Assembly (NCBI RefSeq): GCF_006345805.1
Contig: NC_042998.1
Coordinates: 159,030,001 to 159,094,000 of the forward strand
Length of the DNA stretch: 64,000 bases
From: Octopus sinensis
Lineage: Eukaryota
Reading direction: 5' to 3'
The notes beneath the pieces are model-generated. The model was not told where the DNA came from. It searched no databases and worked only from the letters and a program-made list of their open reading frames with translations. This document shows positions 52,994-64,000 of the stretch, in pieces (position 1 is the stretch's first letter; every line of letters begins with the position of its first letter). Both the position numbers and the translations under genes were made by a program.

Positions 52994-54359
52994 GTGTACT
53001 ATCTAGCTATTTGTTTATATCTTTGTATTTTTTTTTATCATTTGTATTTTATCTATTTATTTCTTTTTTATTTTAGTGAGTACATTTCTTCTCATGTGAG
53101 TAAATTTATATTATATAGCGCTCGCTTATATTATAATCGTATAATTAGCAGACATTCCCACAATTTCCAATACCATTAGTGACAGTTTTTGGCAGAAAAT
53201 TTCATAATACTATACTTCTTTACTCAAAAGTTTAGTGTTTGTGTAGGCTATGTGTACTTTTAGCTATGTAATATACTTGCCAAAAATAGAGAATGAAGGA
53301 CATGAAAAGTATCTGAAATATTTAAATTCCGAGGCAGGAATTCTAAATTATTTATAGATTTAAATAGTTAATTCGTTTTTTATGACCCACCCTGCTATCA
53401 TCAATAAATTAATGGACAAATCATATTTATTTACATATATTTTTCTTAATTCCCTATATTTGCTTACGTAGATTTGCTGCTGTTACATTTTCAACAAAAT
53501 TGCTCCCACTCCACTTTTATTTTTATTTCAGAACAGAATTAGTCGTTTAGAAAATAACTGTTCTCGCTAAAGTTCTAATTTTTATTATAATTACTTAATT
53601 ATTTACCCAATGTCTTCTTTGATAAGTCAAATCACCAGTGGGATTGATGTTGTTGTTTATTAACCCTCTCCCACCTAATTAGCCCTGATTGAGTTGACAC
53701 TCGATCAAAGGTACTCTAGCTGCGACCATTCTGTTTGGTCTACATTTTCTACAGTCTTTCGCTTTTAGATACAGAGCAGTCTCTTCACAATTTCACAATC
53801 ATTTCAGTAACACGGATTCCTTTTATTTAAATGAATTTTCTCACAAACTCTCAGGGTTTTCAAAGGTCTTTTTACTGAATAAGTGGATATGAAATTATAA
53901 CAAGCTCGTTTTCACATTTTCATCCCTCAAAAGAAATAAGTTATTAACCGAGTAGTTATACATTTCACAAGGCAAGCTTTTGAAATTTTGAAAACAACTC
54001 ACGGATCCTTAGTGGATCCGCAGGTTGTAAGAAATATGGTTGTTAATTTCAGCAAATCTAACGATCAAGTAGATGTTTCTTGGATGGTTCATTTACACTT
54101 GAGCGGGAAGACACTTTGACTAGATAGCTTCAGCTCACTAAGTAGCGCCTAATGAGATCATGTTCAAATGACAATATAATTCCGGAAGAAACTCGGTGTG
54201 TTACTCGATAGAAATATAAGTTCATCCTTGCACATGTTTAAGGATGAAATTTAAACTTAATCGCCTTGAAAACACTCTCTATTATTTTTAAATGGCAAGA
54301 TCCCATTGAATAATGCAGTCCCGGAACATTTTCTAAAATGAAAGACGAAGTTGCGGATC

Positions 54360-54739
54360 ATCTTTGATCATAGTGCAGGTATGTTACTTGCTTCCCAATC
54401 ACATAGTTCCGAGTTCAGTCCCACTGCGTGGTACCTTGGGCAAGTATCTTCTACTATAGCCCCGGACCGGCCGAGTCTTGAGAGTGGATTTGGTAGAAAT
54501 AAAATGAAAATAACCCGTCGTACATATGTGTGTGTGTATGTGTTCTCATCACAGCTTGCCAACTGGTGTTGGTTTGTTTATGTCTCCGTAACTTATCGGT
54601 TCGGCAAAAGAGACTGATAGAATAATTACTAGGCTTAGAATGTAAGTCATGGGGGAGATTTATTCGACAAAAAACCCTTCAAAGGGGTGCTCCAGTATCG
54701 GTTGTCAAGCGATGTTGGGGGGACAACACAAACACACAC

Positions 54740-54740
<1 letters not shown>
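54360..54740 (+). mobile_element. SINE family B, diverged, joined to an inverted family B fragment
   Basis: Plus-strand copy ends at GGTGCTCCAG, then TATCGGTTGTCAAGCGATGTTGG (minus-strand family B) follows. Confidence 0.7.
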
Positions 54741-54813
<73 letters not shown>

Positions 54814-55486
54814 ATATTAAATTAGAGACAATATTGCGGGGACACACAAACACACAAATATATACATACACACATATATCTCCCCCATTCCCGTCATCCA
54901 TCTGCGACGATACTTCCGTCGTAACTGCTATCCTGTCCTTTCTCGCCCGCCTTGTAAGGCTTCTGGTCGACAAATTTTCCCTCTCTGTCTTCCACGATAA
55001 TCCAGCGTTTACAATACTTTTTTCGTCTGGCGTTAACAGCCCTTCTTATCTTGTTCTCCTTGTCTTGTCTCTGACTGTTATATATTTTTCCACTGTTTAT
55101 ATATATATTTTTTACTGTTTATATGTTTGTACTGTCGTTACCGTCTTGCTTTTTTTTACCCCTCTGCGAAAAGATCTCAGAATTTTAATTGATTTGCTTT
55201 TCGCGGGAAGGAATTTTTCTTCGAAGTATACGTCTCGCTTTTATCCTTCGAAACGTTAGTAGATGAAATCTTAGCGACTGAAGAAGGGGATTTTTCGTTG
55301 TGCTTATTGTCCTGTATCTCTCCCTTTTTTTTGCTTGTCTTGTTCCTTGGTTTGTGTCTATGTGTTTCGTCTCTCTATGTGTTCGACGTCTTTTTGGTGT
55401 CCTGTACACATATATGCGTGTATATGTACATGTAGAGGTAGGTACGTACATATATGTTTATATATATGCATATATTCTATTTTATT

Positions 55487-55542
<56 letters not shown>

Positions 55543-55988
55543 CATATATATATATACATATACATGACACACACACACACACACAAGCACACATATATAT
55601 ATATATATATACATAGTTTGCATGTCAACAAAATATGTAAGGCTCAGGGATAAATCCCAAAACCGGTTCTTTCAAACGAATACTTGAACTTACTTGCTGA
55701 ACCCTAGTTACGCAAACAGTCCCTGTCCCTCTCACCATTGTAAATATAGAAAACCGTGACTGACTCGTTGGAAATCAGCAACCAGTTAACGCTTTTACTT
55801 AAAAAATGTGATATAAACTAGAAAATGCAAGAATAATGTTGGTCAAGAGACTTTTTATTTCTTCGAGAATGGCTCTGTTCCAAACACCACGAAGTATTTT
55901 ATGAATTTATAGAACAATACTTTCTTTCTTGAAATTTAAAAATCTGATATATATGCGTGTGTGTGTGTGTGTGCGTATGTATATATAT

Positions 55989-56065
<77 letters not shown>

Positions 56066-56076
<11 letters not shown>

Positions 56077-57959
56077 AATGAGGGTGAAAAATCGATATTA
56101 ATTTATAATACCAACAATTTAACACCAAGTGGCTTAGCACAAAAAACTACGGAGAAAATACAAATTTATACATAAATTATTAGAGAGTTATCCACTATGT
56201 GGATAACTCTAGTGCTAAAAATAGCTCCGAAGCAACCACAGAAGATCTGTTTCCAACTAGAATCAACATACATTTAACGGAAGGAAAGTGAAATACAACG
56301 AATAGAATAGATTGACTCTATACAATTGTTTCATTACTAATGCAATATGTAGTTTTACTTACACTTGCATCTATAAATCTTCGGTAGAGTTTGTCAGAAA
56401 TGCAATTAATTAGATCGATTCGAGCGTCAAAAACACGAGCGGTCCAACCAATTACATTTTTAGTTATGTCTCAAATTCCGCGCCAAAAGCATGCCTAGAC
56501 TCCATTGGAAACGTATGCCGCATCAAATAAAATATTAACTGCCGCATGGTTAAATTTATAAAATTATAAATGAGGGTGAAAAATCGATATTAATTTAATA
56601 ATACCAACAATTTAACACCAAGTGGCTTAGCACAAAAAACTACGGAGAAAATACAAATTTATACATAAATTATTAGAGAGTTATCCACTATGTGGATAAC
56701 TCTAGTGCTAAAAATAGCTCCGAAGCAACCACAGAAGATCTGTTTCCAACTAGAATCAACATACATTTAACGGAAGGAAAGTGAAATACAACGAATAGAA
56801 TAGATTGACTCTATACAATTGTTTCATTACTAATGCAATATGTAGTTTTACTTACACTTGCATCTATAAATCTTCGGTAGAGTTTGTCAGAAATGCAATT
56901 AATTAGATCGATTCGAGCGTCAAAAACACGAGCGGTCCAACCAATTACATTTTTAGTTATGTCTCAAATTCCGCGCCAAAAGCATGCCTAGACTCCATTG
57001 GAAACGTATGCCGCATCAAATAAAATATTAACTGCCGCATGGTTAAATTTATAAAATTATAAATGAGGGTGAAAAATCGATATTAATTTAATAATACCAA
57101 CAATTTAACACCAAGTGGCTTAGCACAAAAAACTACGGAGAAAATACAAATTTATACATATATTTGGTTATATACATGTAATTGGTTGGACCGCTCGTGT
57201 TTTTGACGCTCGAATCGATCTAATTAATTGCATTTCTGACAAACTCTACCGAAGATTTATAGATGCAAGTGTAAGTAAAACTACATATTGCATTAGTAAT
57301 GAAACAATTGTATAGAGTCAATCTATTCTATTCGTTGTATTTCACTTTCCTTCCGTTAAATGTATGTTGATTCTAGTTGGAAACAGATCTTCTGTGGTTG
57401 CTTCGGAGCTATTTTTAGCACTAGAGTTATCCACATAGTGGATAACTCTCTAATAATTTATGTATAAATTTGTATTTTCTCCGTAGTTTTTTGTGCTAAG
57501 CCACTTGGTGTTAAATTGTTGGTATTATTAAATTAATATCGATTTTTCACCCTCATTTATAATTTTATAAATTTAACCATGCGGCAGTTAATATTTTATT
57601 TGATGCGGCATACGTTTCCAATGGAGTCTAGGCATGCTTTTGGCGCGGAATTTGAGACATAACTAAAAATGTAATTGGTTGGACCGCTCGTGTTTTTGAC
57701 GCTCGAATCGATCTAATTAATTGCATTTCTGACAAACTCTACCGAAGATTTATAGATGCAAGTGTAAGTAAAACTACATATTGCATTAGTAATGAAACAA
57801 TTGTATAGAGTCAATCTATTCTATTCGTTGTGTTTCACTTTCCTTCCGTTAAATGTATGTTGATTCTAGTTGGAAACAGATCTTCTGTGGTTTCTTCGGA
57901 GCTATTATTAGCACTAGAGTTATCCACATAGTGGATAACTCTCTAATAATTTATGTATA
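56066..57959. repeat. 493-bp unit: ~2.2 direct copies (56066-57160), 15-nt spacer, ~1.6 inverted copies (57176-57959), flanked by (TA)n
   Basis: Period 492/493 bp by coordinate offsets; 56167-56950 is the reverse complement of 57176-57959 with three substitutions and a 1-bp indel seen. Confidence 0.95.
57243..57318 (+). ncRNA. Type I hammerhead-like motif in the 493-bp unit (also +57736-57811, -56315-56390, -56808-56883)
   Basis: ACTCTA-CCGAAGA-45-nt hairpin with ATGCAA/TTGCAT-GAAA-CAATTG-TA-TAGAGT: 6-bp stem I, palindromic ACAATTGT; U4C in the core and a T.T mismatch at the base of stem II. Confidence 0.55.
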
Positions 57960-57995
57960 TATATATATATATGTTACATGTAAAAATTATATTGC

Positions 57996-58276
57996 GTCTA
58001 GGTGAGCCATTATACCAATATTTTAACATACGCATTTGTCTAATGCCACTCTTTATTACTAGTCAATTGGTTAAATATCCAACTAACTAATCGTTTGTTT
58101 AATTTGGTTAAACAGTAAGTCATTTGTTTTGTTTTGTTTGTCAAATCCTTTCCGTTGTTACTTACTCCTTAACCAAGATTTGTTAGTTGGGTATTTAACC
58201 AATTGACTAATAATAAATGAATGCAACTGAACCAGTACGTGTATTAATAATATTGGCACAATGACTCTCCCTAGAC
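57996..58276. mobile_element. MITE-like element with ~95-bp imperfect inverted repeats
   Basis: GTCTAGG..AG.CATT.T.CCAATATT...TAGTCAATTGGTTAAATA.CCAACTAAC at both ends in opposite orientation. Confidence 0.65.
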
Positions 58277-58353
58277 AAAACAAAATTTGTTTCCACACAT
58301 GAATTCACCTAAAAAGTCTTACAAACCAGACACAAAACAATAAACTACGCACA

Positions 58354-58392
<39 letters not shown>

Positions 58393-58849
58393 TAATATCA
58401 GTTAAGAATTGAAAAATGAGTTCGTACTAACGTTTGTCTAGAGACGTTGTACATTAGAACAGCTTTTATTCATTATCTAAAGATCGAATAATTATAAACA
58501 TTCAATCTATTTAAAGTTACAACCATTTCAAATTCTAAAAAATTAAACTTAAATATTTTAATTAATATATTTATTTTCAATATAAAGATTTTCAAGTTTA
58601 TTTTTATCGTTTAGAGAATAAACTACAGACTGTATAAATGCTTCAAATAATCAATATATAGAAAGATTAGAATCTGGCATTTCGATGTCAATAGAAGCCA
58701 AGATTGGAAAATAGATTAACTCGCGATGTCCTATACCAAATCTGAATAGATTGAGCTTTCCACTGAAAATGGTAATAGCCTCTGTACAAAATATGGGATT
58801 ACGGTTTTTTTACTTATTGACAAAAAGCAAGCTTTTGAAAGATATATGA

Positions 58850-59560
58850 AAGCTAAAACATATCGCTCCTGACAACAACCAATTCTTCCCTCAGCTGCCG
58901 CTTACTACTGTGTAATCACAAAGCATTGCCCTAAAATGCCACAAAAAATATTTTTTATGGATATCGTACCTGTGTGTGCTTCAAACAGTAGGAATTCAAA
59001 CTCTTCAGCAGATTTTGTCACAAAGATGTACAATCACGTGATGCAACTGATTTAATAAGTTTGATAGCTATTATTTGGCAGACATTATACAAATTGCTTT
59101 GCAGTTAAATGAGGACGATGAGCCAAGAATGCAGAACAGAAAAATTGCTTTTGTAAAAAGTAATGAACTTCCTACATCTATGCATTACTCGCAATTGTCC
59201 AACTGAATGTTTTTCCACGCCTTCAGTATGTCTTGATAAAGATGAGTTGTTTAAAAAGATGACCTTGGTAATGTCTTGTACACTCTGCTTCATGACAGTT
59301 GCATTCATTACAGACTCTGAAGACAAAATTAACGTTTCACTGTTATCATGTGGCTTGCCAGGTTTTGCACTTATTTCGAAAATCTCATATGACACAAGTT
59401 AACTGTTGACATCTTCAATAACTTCGTTACTAAACATTTCATTCACTATTTTCCTTGCTCAAAGATGATCTATCCTTTTCTTTTTTTAAGACCTCTAGTT
59501 AATCATTCTTCTTGTGCTTTATCACTCAGTGATTTCGCATCTTCTTATTTCAAAGTACTG
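58850..59560 (-). pseudogene. hAT Charlie/Buster-type transposase remnant
   Basis: SYEIFEISAKPGKPHDNSETLILSS...FLNNSSLSRH resembles the ASY..AK.GKPHTI.ETLILPA...LSNNTVSRR motif; HTQVRY further downstream. Confidence 0.7.
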
Positions 59561-59661
59561 CCATACATACAAGACAATGGATTGGTGATGTTCTAAGCTA
59601 AAGAAATTAAACGGAATGTTACCGACATTTTTCTCCTTTATCACACTAACCATCGGTTATC

Positions 59662-59714
<53 letters not shown>

Positions 59715-59737
59715 CAACAACAATAATAATAATAATA

Positions 59738-60023
59738 GGGGCTTGATTCCTACCTAGCTCAAATACCAGGAAACTCCAAAATGGCAGAAATTCAAATGAT
59801 AATGCTCATGGGAACTGCCCATATCCTACGTAATCTCATATTTTAAAACAAACCCATAATTTCCTTATGCTTTCTTAAACATTCTCTTGAACAATACTAT
59901 GTGCAAAACCAAATATATGACACTCTAGGTATAGCACCAACATGAACATCTAACTTGCTGTCTCTTGAGGTCTCTGGGTGAGACTTGGAACCAAATTGCA
60001 CAAAAACAAAGCAACAGTCAAAC

Positions 60024-60025
<2 letters not shown>
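59738..60025 (+). mobile_element. R4/Dong-type LINE, extreme 3' fragment in (AAT)n
   Basis: LAQIPGNSKMAEIQMIMLMGTAHILR; (AAT)n on both sides. Confidence 0.75.
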
Positions 60026-60090
<65 letters not shown>

Positions 60091-61308
60091 TGAAAGAGAC
60101 AAGCTCAGGCAAACAGCTCTCATTAAATTAGATACCGACACAACCATCACAAATCAAGAAAATTGCAAATTCCTGGGGATAAACGAAGGAGATGGTATAC
60201 AACATGCTACTATGAAAGAAAAAATAAGAAAGGAGTATTACAGGAGAATAAGAGCGGAGGAGCCAGAAGCCTCTGCATGGGCAGTATATACCTCAAAGTC
60301 GAAATGCTGATATAGATCAAGCAAAAACCAATCAGTAGTTGAAGTTTAGGACTGAAAGCAGAGACTGACGGTTTCATATTGGCGGCACAAGATCAAAGTT
60401 TACTCACAAAAACTACCAGCCTAACGTTCTTCAAAACGGTTCTGACACTAAATGCAGATTCCGTGACATATTTGACGAAGCAGTAGATCATCTCATATCG
60501 GGATGTCCTGTGCTGACACCAAACGAATAGAAAAATTGCTACGGTAGGGTAGGACAAGTATTTACATTGAAAAATACGTAAACATTACAAAATCAGCACT
60601 CCTGCTTACTGGTATGAACATCATCCTGAGCCACTCGTTGAAGGTAAAAATGTCACTATTAGCTGGGATTTTTTCAGTCAACGTTGACAGAACGATCCAA
60701 GCTAATCGACCAGACATAATTATTAAAGATTGGGAAGAAAATACTTGTAGACTAATAGATGTAAGTATTCCTACTGATAAAAATATATCTGTGAAGGAAT
60801 TTGACAAACTGAGTAAATATAAGGACCTAGAAACTGAAATACAAAAGATGAGACATCTTATAGCGAGAAGTTTTCTTGTTATTGTATGTGCCCTAGCTAT
60901 GATAAAAAGAGATGTCAGAAACATCTAGAACTTAGCGGTTCAGCAAAAGAGTCCGATAAAATAAGTACTAGGCTTACAAAGAAAAAGACCTGGCGTCGAT
61001 TTGGTCGACTAAAGGTGGTGCTCCAGCATGGCCACAGTCAAATGACTGAAACAAGTAAAAGAGTATAACATCCAAGGAGAACCATGTCTCAGAGAAATCC
61101 GAAAGATTGTACTAACAACTACTGCACACATCCTTAGAAAAACCCTATCCATTTAAATGTGTTGTATTGCATAAAGATAATATGCTTTCTCCTCCTCCCA
61201 AGCTTTCAGTCATAATGTAACATCTCTTATCGTTCACTCGCCCAAGGACGCTGGGTGTGTCTCGGCAAGTAATTGTAACAAACATGCAAGTTTAAAATTT
61301 AAAAAATT
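60091..61308 (+). mobile_element. R4/Dong-type LINE 3' fragment (RT thumb + restriction-like endonuclease), with a family B SINE tail inserted at ~60930-61045
   Basis: KFLGINEGDGIQHATMKEKIRKEYYRR, LKAETDGFILAAQDQSL, HLISGCPVL, ANRPDIIIKD...LIDVSIP.DKN..KEFDKLSKYKDL, TAHILRKTLSI*; (AAT)n flanks. Confidence 0.88.
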
Positions 61309-61331
61309 AATAATAATAATAACAATAATAA

Positions 61332-61404
<73 letters not shown>

Positions 61405-61471
61405 AAAGTAGTAGTTTCAAATTTTGGCATAAGGGTAGCAATTTCTGCGTGGGTAAGTCGATTACATCAAC

Positions 61472-62050
<579 letters not shown>

Positions 62051-62056
62051 ATTATC

Positions 62057-62096
<40 letters not shown>

Positions 62097-62639
62097 TAAT
62101 AATAATAATAATAATAATAATACATCTACTGGAATAGTTCTTTTAAAGCCAAATATCCATAAAATCCGAACGATTATTGTTATATGAAATATAGTTTCTT
62201 CTGTGCCCTATATTTCAATATGTAATGTGCAAAAAATCGAAACCTACATCAGGAACTCTAGGAAAAGTCACTAAACACACTTTATGTACGTAAATTATGT
62301 ACACATCTGTTTGTGCATTTTAATATTCATAAACTACATAAATAATGTTTATGCACGCGCACACGCGCAAACACACAAACATGCATACACACACATACAC
62401 GCACACAAACCCACACACACGTATTACAAGGCGAAACTATGCAAAAACAAAATGATTTTCCACGAACGAACCCATATGGAATAAATAATCACTAAGCAGT
62501 TATGCCCGGAGATGAATTTATCAAAACAATTTTTAAAAAATAAAACTACTCGTGGACTTCGATCTATAGGCCACATGCAATTACGATTAGAAAAATATAT
62601 CATCTATTGAAAGAACTCGAAAGTGGTGTTCTGTTAAAA

Positions 62640-64000
62640 TGCTAACTCTAAACAGGCAAACCGTCTCCTATTGTCAACGCTAATGTTTTAAAAGCAAGCC
62701 AAAACTCGTACCGGATCGGTCATCACCCGTGCCAACAACAGGCGCATTACCCAGTGGGGAACCAGACTGGGGTCAAAAAGTCTGCTATTTGAACAAACTT
62801 TCAAAATGACGATCTACCAGGTAACCAGAACCAGGATAATCCTTACCCTAGACCTCTAGTGACACCACCTAAAACAAACGCATGAAATGGACTAGAGAGT
62901 ATTATGGAGATGTCTTGAAAGCTTTTTATACAGCCAACTAAACACCAATATAACTTCTTTGTACAAACGTACACTCTTTAGAGAATCTTAGCAGTCAACG
63001 AAGTACGAAGCTATATAAATGCAAATAAGTTAAGTGATGTACTTAGAGATATCATTAAGTACAAAAGACTAAGTGACGCTGAAACTGACCACATCAGGAA
63101 ACAAATATTTCATGGTGAGCTAAATGAAAACAACAGCCATGTAGATGAAATAGGTTTACAGAACCACAAAACCAATTGTAAGAGCAGTAAATCTCAGTAA
63201 CTATGACACTGAACAAAATTAGCGAAGAAAATAAATGTAGAAAAAGAGGAAAACATAGACCTACCTCAAGAACACCAAAATAGAAATGACGCGGAATTTG
63301 AGGGGAATAAGAGAGGAAAGATTACAGAAGCAAAAGAAGTTATATTAGAGAACCGCTATCAAATTTACAAACGGCACAAAGAACAACAACAACAGTTTGA
63401 TCTATAACGTTGCTGTTGTTGCTGAAAGACTGGTCTTAAGAAATAAGGGAAATGGCCTAACGACCTTAAATAATTTAATAAGGTAGTAACTGCTCAACTA
63501 GGTATTAAGATTACAAAGAAAATGACCTGGCATGTAAATAAACCTTTTAAATGAAAAGCAGAAATCTAAGAAATTGAATCTCTGCGGGCGGATGTATCGA
63601 TTCTCGATGAAATTGCTGGAGTAATAAATATGAAAACAAGAAAAGCTAAAAAAAATCAAACAAAATATAGCATTAAAGATATTATAGATGTAAAATCTAT
63701 AATAATCGGAAGAATGTACGCTTTCCTTGAACAGAACCCTGTCCTTCCACAAGCTTAAAAGGACCGTAAAAGAAATTTCTTTAGGTGCAAAGACCAATTG
63801 CTCATTAATAGAATGATTTTAGAAAATTGCCAGATCAAAAACAAAAACTTAAATATGACATGGATAGACTACAGAAAATCATTTGATCAGTTCCAAAATA
63901 AACTCAAGGCCCTTGAGATATATAAGATCCTTCTTACCATCTCCAAATTCTTACAAAATAGCATGACTAAATGGAACACATGTCTCTTTCTAAAACATAG
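62640..64000 (+). mobile_element. R4/Dong-type LINE 5' part with internal deletion, running off the window
   Basis: KRMKWTREYYGDVLKAFY (Myb-like N-terminus), NKLSDVLRDIIKYKRLSDAE, then RCKDQLLINRMILENC...NLNMTWIDYRKSFD (RT); many stops. Confidence 0.8.

Noticed and set aside
56066-57959. CRISPR array or satellite with spacers
   Set aside because: Units are contiguous 493-bp copies with no unique spacers, in a eukaryotic context with no cas genes.

Overview
AT-rich, microsatellite-saturated eukaryotic DNA made almost entirely of transposon debris. The SINE families and the density of (TA)n/(CA)n/(GATA)n/(AAT)n tracts suggest an octopus (coleoid cephalopod) genome; this is an inference. No intact protein-coding gene, rRNA, tRNA or CRISPR array is supported, and most ORF-track entries are translated microsatellites. 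Recognisable elements: at least five tRNA-derived SINE families; two decayed Tc1/mariner transposons (DD37E TRT-like at 7-8.5 kb; DD34E at 34.6-36.6 kb, split by a SINE with a 13-bp TSD); pogo and hAT-Charlie transposase remnants; several MITEs; a Penelope RT+GIY-YIG fragment; four R4/Dong-type LINE fragments bounded by (AAT)n; and L1/Tx1-like and CR1-group LINE pieces. The most notable signal is a set of minimal type I hammerhead-ribozyme-like motifs with palindromic stem III, the Penelope/retrozyme type. One has an intact catalytic core (31.3 kb). One with core deviations is carried in every full copy of a near-identical 493-bp unit amplified as a tandem array plus a 784-bp-arm palindrome (56.1-58.0 kb), a retrozyme-like structure. 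All folds and alignments were done by eye.
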